A stretch of 58,041 bases of DNA, from positions 1 to 58,041 of the IMG/VR virus record IMGVR_UViG_3300045996_002471; one strand, 5' to 3'. Made by a program: the position numbers and the translations under genes. Position 1 is the first letter of the stretch. Every line of letters begins with the position of its first letter. A model generated the notes under the pieces. That model ran no database searches, was not told where the DNA came from, and worked only from the letters and a program-made list of their open reading frames with translations. This document shows, one piece after another, positions 15,930 to 25,123 of this stretch. Origin of the DNA: a virus (lineage: Duplodnaviria; Caudoviricetes).

Positions 15930-17333
15930 TCACTCCTCCTCGTGTCGGATGGGGGCGACTCGATCGGGGCGGAGGGTGTCGGCCTGGTGCTGGTCCGCGT
16001 CATCCTGTGCGTCGCCCTTGTCGGCGTAGTCGCCCAGCCATCCGCAGCCGGACTGGCATGTGACCCGGTGCCACTCCAGCGACAAGGGCTTGATGTCGGC
16101 TCGGTGACCTCCCTCGTTCGGGGTTGCGGCGTCCTCGCTTGCTCCAAGAGTTGGAGCAACTTGGAGATCACTTGGAGTTGGGGTTGCGGCGTCCTCGCGT
16201 GCGGCCGGGGCGTCCGTGTTGATTTGGCCGTGCGCATTTGACGATTTGGTCGGCCCCGCCGGGGCCTGCGGCGCGGCGGGCACCACTCGCCACGTCGAGC
16301 GGGTCACCGTGCGGACCGCGATTCCCGAGCCGAGGTCGGAGCGGTACCACTGGAGGTTCTCGCGGGCGTCGTCCTCGTCGTCGTACGACTCGATCCCCGC
16401 CGCGTTGTAGGGATCCGGCCCGCCGTACCAGACGGCCCACTCCTCGTTGGTGCTGGCCGCTGCTGCGGGTGCCGGGCCCGTAGTGCGAGTGGCCCCGAGG
16501 CGCTGGACCAACTCCTCGGCGATGCCCTCCACGTTCACCCAGTGGTCGATGCACCCGCCGGGGTCGCTCTGGCTGTCCTCGGTGGCCACGAACACCGGCA
16601 TGGTGCCGTCGTCCGGGTCGACGACACCGAGGTCGCGAAGCTTGTCCGCCAGCCGCTCCGCTGCGTCGTCGGGGATGGTGTCGACGGCGGGAGCCGCCAG
16701 CCACCGGCGGACCAGCCCCATCACCGCGTGCGCTTGGCCGTGCTCGGTGTCGTCGGCGTCCTGCCGGCGGCCACGCAGTTCGATCCAGTAGTCCGACAGG
16801 CACTGGGCTACCTGTCTGGTCGCGTCGTCGGGGATGGGGCGGGCACCGGCACGCAGGCCCTGTTCGATCAGCTCGTTCCGAATCGCCTCGCGGGTCGACA
16901 CCGACTCGCCGTCGAACAGGTGACCGGCCAGCGCCCGCTTCAGGGTCGCAATGGTCTCCAGCGCGGTCATGTTCGCCGCGACCGCACTGCGCCAGTTCGA
17001 CTGCGACTGCCGGTCGGCGTTCCGGTACGCGTCCCGCTCGGTGCTGAGTCGTTCGACCTGGCGGCGCAGGCGCTCGATCTCGTCCCACCGCTCATCGGCG
17101 CGACGGCCTATCGCACGCCAGTCCTGGCGGGCTTGGTCGAGGTCGGCGCGCAACCCCGCCAGCACGGGGGCGTAGACCACCCTGGAGACCAGTTCGGCGT
17201 AGAAGTCGGCCGCCTCGTCGTCCAAGGCGTCGACGTCGCGCGGCAGTGGGCGGTGGCGGTACAGGATCGCCGCCGCCTGCTGTCGCAGTGCTTCGGTGTC
17301 GGGGGCGGGCGTCACGGGCTCGGGGGTGGTCAT
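15930..17333 (-). CDS. Large mosaic hypothetical protein with coiled coil
   Basis: 467-aa ORF with GGAG RBS in operon. Confidence 0.65.
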   Translation of the reverse strand: MTTPEPVTPAPDTEALRQQAAAILYRHRPLPRDVDALDDEAADFYAELVSRVVYAPVLAGLRADLDQARQDWRAIGRRADERWDEIERLRRQVERLSTERDAYRNADRQSQSNWRSAVAANMTALETIATLKRALAGHLFDGESVSTREAIRNELIEQGLRAGARPIPDDATRQVAQCLSDYWIELRGRRQDADDTEHGQAHAVMGLVRRWLAAPAVDTIPDDAAERLADKLRDLGVVDPDDGTMPVFVATEDSQSDPGGCIDHWVNVEGIAEELVQRLGATRTTGPAPAAAASTNEEWAVWYGGPDPYNAAGIESYDDEDDARENLQWYRSDLGSGIAVRTVTRSTWRVVPAAPQAPAGPTKSSNAHGQINTDAPAAREDAATPTPSDLQVAPTLGASEDAATPNEGGHRADIKPLSLEWHRVTCQSGCGWLGDYADKGDAQDDADQHQADTLRPDRVAPIRHEEE

Positions 17334-17740
17334 GAGAACTCCATCTGGAAGTGCATGACGGGCATGGCGTTCGGAGCGTCCGGGGCGCAGTCCTCGACCA
17401 CCCACGAGTAGGTGTCGTTGCACGGCGGCAAGCCCCAGTGCTCGCAGTTGTCGCACTCGTGGTCGTCCGCGTCGTGATCCACACAGCCGCAGTGGTTGAA
17501 CGCCTGCGCCCAGGTGGAACGGACATGGCCGATCACCGCCGCCCTGTCACCCATCGAGCGCGCGAGGGCGTTCAGCGCCGCGAGCGCCCGGCGGTGGTCA
17601 GCGGTGAACGCGATGTAGTCGCTCTCGGGCTCCTCCCCCAGCCAGCTCACCTTGACGCCGTAGAACTCGGCGTAGGTGTCGACCTTGTCCAGCGGGAGGG
17701 TCGCGCCGCTGCCCGTGGGGTCCGGGGTGAAGGTGCTCAC
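17330..17740 (-). CDS. Hypothetical Cys-rich protein
   Basis: Coupled; HCGC...CDNC. Confidence 0.6.
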   Translation of the reverse strand: MSTFTPDPTGSGATLPLDKVDTYAEFYGVKVSWLGEEPESDYIAFTADHRRALAALNALARSMGDRAAVIGHVRSTWAQAFNHCGCVDHDADDHECDNCEHWGLPPCNDTYSWVVEDCAPDAPNAMPVMHFQMEFS

Positions 17741-18108
17741 CGGTCGCCTCCCATCCCGAGCGCGTCGGCCACGGTGTAGCCGTTGACGATCAGGGTCGGG
17801 GCGATCCGCTTCGCCAGGGCGAGTGCGGTGTCCAGGTCGAAGCGGTGCTTGGCGGCCCACGCCTCGAAGTCCTCCAGCGGGAGACGCGGCTCGATCTGGT
17901 CACCGTTGGCGTCACAGATCTCGCCGTTCACGCGGACGACCCATCGGTTCGGCTCGCGCTCGAACACGTACACCACGAAGTGGCGGTAGTTGCGGTGCTC
18001 GCGCGGCAGGCACGACACGCGGTACTCGCCTACGGTCGCGGCGGGCTCAGGCACCGGAGTGCCGGGGGCCATCGGCTGAGCCGGCTCAGGGGCGGGGGTG
18101 GTGGTCAC
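17737..18108 (-). CDS. Hypothetical actinophage protein
   Basis: YRVSCLP...HRFDLDTALALAK; coupled. Confidence 0.65.
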   Translation of the reverse strand: MTTTPAPEPAQPMAPGTPVPEPAATVGEYRVSCLPREHRNYRHFVVYVFEREPNRWVVRVNGEICDANGDQIEPRLPLEDFEAWAAKHRFDLDTALALAKRIAPTLIVNGYTVADALGMGGDR

Positions 18109-18365
18109 TGGGCACCGCCGGCGGGCTTATTGGCGCGCAGTTCGCGGCCGACGTTGAGCACGTGCGCGGCCAGCCTCGGCGGCAGCCCTTCGGCGACGTG
18201 CATGATCCGAAGGTGCTTGAGCAGGCACGCCACCGCAGGCGGGAGCTGGTCGTCGGCGTGCTGCTGGATCTCGGTCAGCGCCTCGTTCAGGGTGATGGGG
18301 TTGGCCTCGGCGCGCTCCCTGGCGAGCGCCATGGCGGCGACGATGAGCGGGTCGGTGTCGGTCAT
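18105..18365 (-). CDS. Hypothetical protein
   Basis: GAGGAG RBS. Confidence 0.55.
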   Translation of the reverse strand: MTDTDPLIVAAMALARERAEANPITLNEALTEIQQHADDQLPPAVACLLKHLRIMHVAEGLPPRLAAHVLNVGRELRANKPAGGAQ

Positions 18366-18375
18366 GGGTGTCTCC

Positions 18376-19097
18376 TCAGGCCGCGGCGGCGGCGTGCAGG
18401 TGGGCGAGCAGGGCGGCGCCGATGTGCTCGGCGTAGAGCGGAGGGATCGCTTCCGAGAGGCCGTTCCCGGTCATCCAGTCGATGCCCATCGCCTCCGGGC
18501 CCACGTACGTGCCGATGTCCCCAGTCACGGAGGCGTGATAGCCCTGGTTCCACAGCTCGCGGCGCCGGCTGTGTGCGGTCCGGACCACGTGCTTGGGGTG
18601 CGCGGGGGCTACGAGCGAGAGGCCGGGCGAGGGTTCGAACCTGCGGTGCCGGTAGGTGCGCAGGCCGAACATCCCGCCGCACAGAACGATGGAGCGCTCC
18701 TTGTCGAGCGGGGCTTCCATCACGTTCTCGATGACCCACGGCATGTCGTAGGTCGACATCAGCTCACGGCCGGGGGTGACCAGGTCGGGCTTGTCCGACC
18801 AGAGCGTGCCTTTCTTGAACCCCTGGCAGGGCCACGAGGCGTGCACGGCGTCGAAGGACTCGACGAACGTCCGGTCGCGCAGTACCTCCATGGCGTCCGC
18901 CTGGATGAACACGCCTCCGCGGTGGCGGGCTGCGGCTCGATGTCGACGGCGGTCACGTCGAACCCGGCCCGGCGGTATCCCTCGGAGGCGCCGCCCTGCT
19001 TGGAGCAGAGGTCCAGCAGGCGGGGCCGGGTCAACCGCGGCGGGTTGGGGTGTGGCTGTCTGCCTCCGGGCAGTCGGGGCTCCGTGGGTGCCGTCAT
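18376..19097 (-). pseudogene. Short C5-cytosine DNA methyltransferase, frameshifted at ~18928
   Basis: Motif I LLDLCSKQGG and DIEPQP in one frame; FIQAD, SWPCQ, IENV, RHRRF, EAIPP in another; one extra base restores the ORF. Confidence 0.8.
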
Positions 19098-20215
19098 GAC
19101 GCGACCCGCTCGGCGCGGAAGTTGGGCAACTGGCGCACAAGGTGTTCTTTGAGCAGGTGCACGTCCTGCGGGGTGTTCTGGATGCCGTCCCAGCGGCGGC
19201 GCTCCTCGTCGATGACCCATGTGCGGCCGGCGGTCCAGGCGCAGTAGGCGGCCAGGGTGTTCAGCTGGACACGCAGCCGGTCGCGATCGATGCCAGCGGC
19301 GGGGGTGTCCTCGGTGATGTGGTCCATGACGAAGCCGAGGGCTTGGATTCCGGCGCCGTGGGTGAGCCGGGACTTGCGGGGCGGGAGTTCCCACTGGTCG
19401 GCCCATACCTCGGCGACCGCCGACCAGAAGGCGTCGAGGTGCGCGGTGATTGCGTCGAGGTCGCCCATGCCGGTGGCGGGGTCCCGGTACTGGTAGAGGG
19501 CTCCGTCGGTGAGGCTGTTGCGGATCATGCGCAGGACGGCGGTGCCGGTGATGTAGCCGTCCGGGCAGGTGGTGGTGCGGATGCGGCCGGCGAACGCGTG
19601 GCTGGCGGTGTTGAGCCGTGCCACGACCGCCGCGGGCAGGCGCCGGGCGGCCATCGCGGGGGGCAGGGTGGCGTCGACACCGGGCAGCAGCTCGTTGACC
19701 AGTCCGGCCGGGAGCGGCTTGGTGTTGTTCACCAGCAGGAACTGTGAGCGCTGCTCCTCCTCGGATTCCGCGGTGAACCCGACCACGGCGACCGCGAACG
19801 GGCCGGTCAGGGACGCGTCGCGCAGGGCGGCGGCGCGCTGCTGGCCGTCGACGATCCACGCGGGGCGTTCGTGTTCGGGCTGGTCGGAGTCGACCGGGAT
19901 GACCAGCTCGCCCGGGACGGCATAGTCGACGGGGCTGGGCACCAGCAGCGGTTCGAACCGGACGCGTTGGTCGAAGGCGACGACGATCGCGTTGGGCAGC
20001 ATGGCGCCGTGGCGTTCGAGGTAGCGGCGGATCCCGCGGATGTGGGCGAGGGCCTCCGGGCGCTGGTAGCCGCGGAGTTCCTGGTCGGTGTCGCGGTGGA
20101 CGCGGGACACAGCGGCGAAGGTGTGCAGCTGGGGGCCGTCGACGGCGAAACTGACGACCCGGCGGCCGCCTTGGACGAGTTGGAGCGCGGGGAGGCGGAG
20201 GACGTGTGCGGTCAT
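19094..20215 (-). CDS. dpdB: DGQHR-domain protein, DpdB/DndB-like
   Basis: GYQRP, MLPNAIVVAF, WIVDGQQR, QFLLVNNTKPL, SRLTHGAGI. Confidence 0.75.
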   Translation of the reverse strand: MTAHVLRLPALQLVQGGRRVVSFAVDGPQLHTFAAVSRVHRDTDQELRGYQRPEALAHIRGIRRYLERHGAMLPNAIVVAFDQRVRFEPLLVPSPVDYAVPGELVIPVDSDQPEHERPAWIVDGQQRAAALRDASLTGPFAVAVVGFTAESEEEQRSQFLLVNNTKPLPAGLVNELLPGVDATLPPAMAARRLPAAVVARLNTASHAFAGRIRTTTCPDGYITGTAVLRMIRNSLTDGALYQYRDPATGMGDLDAITAHLDAFWSAVAEVWADQWELPPRKSRLTHGAGIQALGFVMDHITEDTPAAGIDRDRLRVQLNTLAAYCAWTAGRTWVIDEERRRWDGIQNTPQDVHLLKEHLVRQLPNFRAERVAS

Positions 20216-20646
20216 GCTGCGCTCCGGTCAGCGGTCGGACGGCGGTCGTGGACTGTTACCTCGGGGGCGTCGACGGCCGGGCCGGGACGCCTGTCGGTGC
20301 GTCCCACCCACCACAGGGCTCGGTCGACGGTGTCGTTGCCCAGGTGCTCGCGCGCCCAGAGCTCGACGTCGTCCGGGACGTGGAGAAGTAGCTCTCCGAG
20401 GACGTCGTTGGGGATCCGACTTGCGATCGTGCGACGCCAGTGGGCGGGTGGGCGCAGTTCACGCTCGGGTTGGTGGCGACGCTTCCGTGCCCGCCGCTCG
20501 GCGTCGTAGACGCGATGGGCCTCGACGCAGGCCTGACAGCGGTCCATCTCACCGCTGGCCCAAAGCTTGACGTGCCCCCGTGCGACATGCCGGGCGTAGC
20601 CACGATTGGTGCCGTGCTTGATCGGCGTGCGCTCGCGGGCTGTCAT
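20212..20646 (-). CDS. Hypothetical Zn-finger protein (HGT..GY...CxxC)
   Basis: HGTNRGYARH...CQAC. Confidence 0.65.
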   Translation of the reverse strand: MTARERTPIKHGTNRGYARHVARGHVKLWASGEMDRCQACVEAHRVYDAERRARKRRHQPERELRPPAHWRRTIASRIPNDVLGELLLHVPDDVELWAREHLGNDTVDRALWWVGRTDRRPGPAVDAPEVTVHDRRPTADRSAA

Positions 20647-21137
20647 GACGTGCCCTCCGGGGTGACGACCTCGGACAGGACCCCGCCGCCCACGTCGGAC
20701 CAGGGGAGCTCTGACCACGCCTTGCCGGGTGACCACGGGGTGACGCCGTAGTCCTTGCCCTCGACTCGGGTCCACACCCAGCCGTTCACGGTCCGGGCGA
20801 TGCGGTCACCCTCGGCGTCTTCGAGCAGGTCGTAGCCGACCGGCGGCTCGGCGTCCCCTTCACGCCACTCGCGGGGTGCGGGGGGGGGCTCGGACCGGTC
20901 CTCACCCGACACGAGGTCGGCGGCGATCTCGTTCACGACCTCGCGAACGTCGCGGATCTGGCGGGCGACGTCGGCACTGGCGGTGCGGGTGAGCTGGTCG
21001 AGTACGGCGAGCACGACCTTGCGGGCGGCCGGACCGGTGTGGTCGTCGCCGGGTGTGTGCGGCACGAGGGCGAGTTCGGCGGCCAGTAGCAGGCGTTGGG
21101 CGAGCGGCATCGTGATCGGAATCTGGTTCGCGCTCAC
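20643..21137 (-). CDS. Hypothetical protein
   Basis: Coupled; N-terminal domain shared with 15632-15928. Confidence 0.6.
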   Translation of the reverse strand: MSANQIPITMPLAQRLLLAAELALVPHTPGDDHTGPAARKVVLAVLDQLTRTASADVARQIRDVREVVNEIAADLVSGEDRSEPPPAPREWREGDAEPPVGYDLLEDAEGDRIARTVNGWVWTRVEGKDYGVTPWSPGKAWSELPWSDVGGGVLSEVVTPEGTS

Positions 21138-21502
21138 TGCTCACCTCGCAGGGAGGCGGCGTGCTTGCGGGCGGCGCCGATCAGCTCGGCCAGTGACGTC
21201 CCGGCGTCGGCGGACCGGACGTGGACGCCGTCGTCGTCCTCGTTCGGGTAGTACGTCAGCGCGGGGTAGCCGTCGTCGTTGGTCATGTAGAAGCCCGCGA
21301 AGTCCTCGTTCGCCTTGGCGGTGTTCAGGACCGGGAGGGCGGCGGCCAAGGCGGGCCTGATGACCTGTGCCGCCGCAGCAGCGTCTCGGGTGCCGATCTT
21401 CCGGACCAGCGACTGCCAGTCCTCGGCACCGACCCAGCGGGCGTAGCCGTCCTTGGCCGCGTCCATCACGGCCTCGTCGGGGATGTCGGAGAGGTCAGCC
21501 AC
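21134..21502 (-). CDS. Hypothetical protein
   Basis: GGAAGG RBS + GTG; DLSDIPDEAV. Confidence 0.55.
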   Translation of the reverse strand: MADLSDIPDEAVMDAAKDGYARWVGAEDWQSLVRKIGTRDAAAAAQVIRPALAAALPVLNTAKANEDFAGFYMTNDDGYPALTYYPNEDDDGVHVRSADAGTSLAELIGAARKHAASLRGEQ

Positions 21503-21998
21503 GGGAGAGTCCCTTCCTGGCGGCGGCGGGAAGACGGCTGGGGTAAGTCCGTCTGCACGTGACGCACTCGCGGTGACGTGGCCGTGACGGACGTCGGTAG
21601 GTGTTGGACTCATCGAATGGGTGCCCGTTCACGCAAGTGGTTTTGCGGACCTCTTGGTGTGTCCGATGACGAACAGCGTCCAGGCGGTTCTCGCTCGCCG
21701 TACCCCACGCCAGGTTGTCGGCGCAGTTGTTCAAGCTGTCGCCGTCCAAGTGGCGAACTTCCAGGTCCGATCGGTCCGGCACGCCGTGGAAAGCAAGGGC
21801 AACGATCCTGTGGACGGACATCACGCGGCGCACACCCGGCTTGCTAAGCACTGCGTGGCGGTAACAGCCCCGGCTTCGCGTGATCGATCCGCGCAGATGC
21901 CTTTGCGTGTCACAGCGACGGATTGCGCCCCAAGTGCTCGTCTCGTAGATCCCCTCCCATCCAGGGAGGGGCATCCATACAGGTTCGTACGAGTTCAT
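21495..21998 (-). CDS. NUMOD4-HNH homing endonuclease
   Basis: WMPLPGWEGIYETS..G; VHRIVALAFHG...VRHLDGDSLNN...NL; CVNGH...CVTC. Confidence 0.9.
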   Translation of the reverse strand: MNSYEPVWMPLPGWEGIYETSTWGAIRRCDTQRHLRGSITRSRGCYRHAVLSKPGVRRVMSVHRIVALAFHGVPDRSDLEVRHLDGDSLNNCADNLAWGTASENRLDAVRHRTHQEVRKTTCVNGHPFDESNTYRRPSRPRHRECVTCRRTYPSRLPAAARKGLSRG

Positions 21999-22000
21999 TG

Positions 22001-22408
22001 TCAGCCCTTCGGGGTGGAGTCGGAGACGGGCGGCTGGTCTGCCTCCGTGGTGGTCCCCTCAACCGGAGAGGAGGGGGCGGGGTCGACTTCCCACGCGCCG
22101 TCGTAGACGCGGTTCGCCACCAACGCCATGCGCTGCGCGAGCGGGTAGCACTCCTCGCACTCACCCGGCTCGTCGCAGCCGCCGTTGTCGTGCAGCCACT
22201 GCGCCAGCTTGAGAACCAGGTCCGGGTCGAGTCGGGCGATGGTGTCCTGGTCTCGCTTGGCGTTGCGCTCCTGGACGCTGCGGATGGCCGCCGCGACCGC
22301 CTTGGCCTCTGGCAGCCACGCATCCGTCTCGGTGAGCCTGCTTCCGGCCGGCGCGTGGGGGCGGTAGCTGTCGGCGATCGCCTTGGCGACGAAGGTCTCG
22401 GTGCTCAC
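22001..22408 (-). CDS. Hypothetical protein
   Basis: In operon. Confidence 0.55.
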   Translation of the reverse strand: MSTETFVAKAIADSYRPHAPAGSRLTETDAWLPEAKAVAAAIRSVQERNAKRDQDTIARLDPDLVLKLAQWLHDNGGCDEPGECEECYPLAQRMALVANRVYDGAWEVDPAPSSPVEGTTTEADQPPVSDSTPKG

Positions 22409-22523
22409 TTCTCGGTCCCTTCGGGGCTGTCGGAGGTGTCGATGCGGGACAGGGCGGCGGCGCGGCGCTCGGAGAACGTGAGGTTGGTGGCGGTCACGTC
22501 TGGGTCCTCTCGGGGATTGGGGC

Positions 22524-22760
22524 TCATCGCGCGCTCAGCTCCTCGGGGTTGACGTGGATGACCGTGTTGCCGAGCGCGCTGGCGACGCGGATCTCGATGT
22601 GGTCGGACGTCACCCGCTCCACAAGGGCGTCACGGGGCTTGCCGTGGATGTCCGTCCAGACGGCAAGGTCACCCTTGTCGTACGGGCCGAACCCCGGTCG
22701 GCGGGCGGCTTTGCTGGCGCGGATGTCCCGCAAGAACTCGGCGATCGGGCCGGAGGTCAC
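22524..22760 (-). CDS. Small beta-rich (SH3-like) protein
   Basis: GDLAVW...ALVERV; coupled. Confidence 0.55.
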   Translation of the reverse strand: MTSGPIAEFLRDIRASKAARRPGFGPYDKGDLAVWTDIHGKPRDALVERVTSDHIEIRVASALGNTVIHVNPEELSAR

Positions 22761-22927
22761 GACTGCTCCCCGCGGGCGGTGATGTAGGTGCGGATGCGGT
22801 CGATCTCGCGGTCGAGGTAGTCCAGGGCGTTGAGGGCGTGGGCATGTCCGGTGTCGGTGTCGAGGTCGGCGCGAGCCAGGTCGTGGAGGGCGTCCTCAAG
22901 CGACGCGGTGGAGGTCGTTGTGGTCAT
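22757..22927 (-). CDS. Hypothetical protein
   Basis: GGAG RBS; coupled. Confidence 0.5.
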   Translation of the reverse strand: MTTTTSTASLEDALHDLARADLDTDTGHAHALNALDYLDREIDRIRTYITARGEQS

Positions 22928-23187
22928 CGGTTCTCTCCGAGGTCGTCGCGGTCGTTGTCGCGGTTGGGGTTGCGGAGTTCCTCGCGGAAGATCCGGGCCT
23001 CGACCTCGGCTGCCCTTCGCAGGGCGCGGCGGGCCAACGTCCACGCCATCGGGGCGGCGGCGCAGGCGGCGTAGACGAGGGACCAGCCAGCCGGTTGGCC
23101 GGTGGCGAGCGCGGTGGCCAGCACCGCGGCGGGCAGGACGACCAGACCGGCCAAGGCCGTGAGCCGACGGGCGGTGGTGGTGCGCAT
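22924..23187 (-). CDS. Two-TM membrane protein
   Basis: GGAGG RBS; hydrophobic segments. Confidence 0.6.
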   Translation of the reverse strand: MRTTTARRLTALAGLVVLPAAVLATALATGQPAGWSLVYAACAAAPMAWTLARRALRRAAEVEARIFREELRNPNRDNDRDDLGENR

Positions 23188-23333
23188 CAGGACTTCCTCC
23201 ATCCGCTGGGCTTGACACCGGTACCGGGGCAGCGGACGGAGCGTCCGCCGCGGATCTTTCGGGTGTGGCGTTCGACGTCCTGTGAGCCGGTCAGCTCGCG
23301 GCGCGCGCCGCAGTGAGTGCAGATGCCGTTCAC
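23187..23333 (-). CDS. Small Zn-ribbon protein
   Basis: CTHC...H...CPGTG. Confidence 0.55.
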   Translation of the reverse strand: MNGICTHCGARRELTGSQDVERHTRKIRGGRSVRCPGTGVKPSGWRKS

Positions 23334-23442
23334 GGCTGGCCTCCGGTGCGGAACTGCCGAACCGTGCGGATGGTGGCGCCGGTCAGGATGCCGAGGTTGA
23401 TGAGGACGGCGGCGAGCATGGCGGCGCAGATGAGGGTGTCCA

Positions 23443-23901
23443 TCAGGCACCGCCGGCCAAGGCGATCGCGGCCCAGGTGGCGCGGGTTTCGGCTTCGACC
23501 CGTGCCCGTCCGTCGGCGGTGAGGGGGTGTTCGCCGATGTAGTCGCAGCGGATGAGCTGGCGGAGCATGGTGACCTCGGCGCGCAGCCGGTCGATCTCGA
23601 GCGCTTCGACGTGGTCTCGGTCGGCGGCTTCGGCGCGCAGGACCCGGAGGTGGTCGACGGCGTCGGATTCGAGGATCGCGGCGGCTTTGAGCAGGTCGTC
23701 GGCGCGGACGATCCGGTAGCAGCCGGTGGAGGTGTTGACGGTTTGGCGGGCGGCGGCGGCGATCTCGCGGAGCGTGGTCGCGCCTTGCAACGGGGCGGTG
23801 GCGGAGACGACGTCGTGGGCGCACTCGGTGGAGATGTGGTCGAGGGAGGCGACCTGGTCGGCGGCGGCGAGGACGGCGTGGTTGAACAGGGTCGCGGTCA
23901 T
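23443..23901 (-). CDS. Hypothetical protein
   Basis: Coupled start/stop. Confidence 0.55.
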   Translation of the reverse strand: MTATLFNHAVLAAADQVASLDHISTECAHDVVSATAPLQGATTLREIAAAARQTVNTSTGCYRIVRADDLLKAAAILESDAVDHLRVLRAEAADRDHVEALEIDRLRAEVTMLRQLIRCDYIGEHPLTADGRARVEAETRATWAAIALAGGA

Positions 23902-24827
23902 CGCTGTCCGCCTTCGATCTCGCGCAGCACCGCTTCGGAGCCGACATAGGAAGCGCCGTCGTGGAAGCCGCCCGCGTTGCCGATCCCGGTCGGGGCCCAG
24001 CCTTCGCCGACGAAGCCGCGCGCCTGGCTGATGGTCAGCGGCTTGTGTGACGGCCCGGCCGCGTGGCCGCCCTCGTCCGTTGTGAGCCACTGGGCGAGGG
24101 CTTCGGCGGTGGGGAACACCGGCGAGACGGGAGAGCCCTCGGAGACGGTCTCCCACAACTGCCAGCCGTCACCGGTGGGCGGCTTGACCGGTTCCCACGC
24201 TTCGGCCTCGGCGCGCTGGCCTTCGTACGCTTCGAGGCTGCCGTGACCATCGCAGGTCGCGCAGGTGTCGCGCACACCCTCGCGTTCGCAGCGAGCCCGG
24301 ATCACCACACCCGCGTTGATGCCGTCGTGACCGAAACCGTGCAGCGCCCACTCGTTGACCTGTACGGCGGTCGGGACGACCGGCGGGTCGATCCGCTGCC
24401 AGCGCGTCTCCGGGGTGAACGTGTGGGTGAAGTCGTAGAGGCGGTCGGCGGCGACCAGTGCGTCCACGTCCTCTTGAGAGAGGTGCTTGGACCACTGCCC
24501 GTTCCACAGGTCGGCCAGCCGCTGCGCCTCCCGAACAATGGCGCGCTCACCGGAGCCGTAGAAGTCGGGTGCCCGGGTGACGTTGCGCTCGGCGAACGCC
24601 CGCACCGCCGGGGTGTCGTGCCGTAGCGGTGTCGAACCGGTGGTCGCCGGGTCGAACGGGATGTAGCCGTACCAGAGGTCGTGCAGGTGCTTCGCCTGCG
24701 GTGAGTACCCGTTGTCACAGTCGGGGCACGGCTTCTCGTGGAACCGCTCGGGGGTGAGGTAGCCCTCCCAGGTCTTGCGGAGCGGCCAGTCGAAGTCGAG
24801 CGGCACTCGGCGAACTTCGCGGCTCAT
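23898..24827 (-). CDS. Conserved phage protein with split DnaJ-type Zn finger
   Basis: REVRRVPLDFDWPL; CPDCDNGY; CATCDGHG; GWQLWETVSEGSP. Confidence 0.75.
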   Translation of the reverse strand: MSREVRRVPLDFDWPLRKTWEGYLTPERFHEKPCPDCDNGYSPQAKHLHDLWYGYIPFDPATTGSTPLRHDTPAVRAFAERNVTRAPDFYGSGERAIVREAQRLADLWNGQWSKHLSQEDVDALVAADRLYDFTHTFTPETRWQRIDPPVVPTAVQVNEWALHGFGHDGINAGVVIRARCEREGVRDTCATCDGHGSLEAYEGQRAEAEAWEPVKPPTGDGWQLWETVSEGSPVSPVFPTAEALAQWLTTDEGGHAAGPSHKPLTISQARGFVGEGWAPTGIGNAGGFHDGASYVGSEAVLREIEGGQR

Positions 24828-25123
24828 CGGGTCCTCCGGGTGAGGCGGGAGACGCTGCGGGCCGCACGGGCACGCAGCGAAAGACGGGTGACGGGGCGGG
24901 TCTGTGCGAGCAGGGCGACCGCCTGCTCGGTGTCGACCAGCACGGCCATCGGCTCGGCGTCGACCTCGCGACGCCACGCCCACAGCAGCCCGTTCAGCTC
25001 GTCGTCGACCAGCACCTCGGCGGCCGGGATGACACGGCCGCCGAGGGCGTCCAGCAGGGCGTCGTCGGCGCAGAGGTTGGCGAGGTCGTCGGGCGTGGCC
25101 GTGTCGACCACATCGGCGGTCAC
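24824..25123 (-). CDS. RsdA-like anti-sigma (sigma-binding) domain protein
   Basis: DLANLCADDALLDALGG...DELNGLLWAWRREVD. Confidence 0.55.
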   Translation of the reverse strand: MTADVVDTATPDDLANLCADDALLDALGGRVIPAAEVLVDDELNGLLWAWRREVDAEPMAVLVDTEQAVALLAQTRPVTRLSLRARAARSVSRLTRRTR

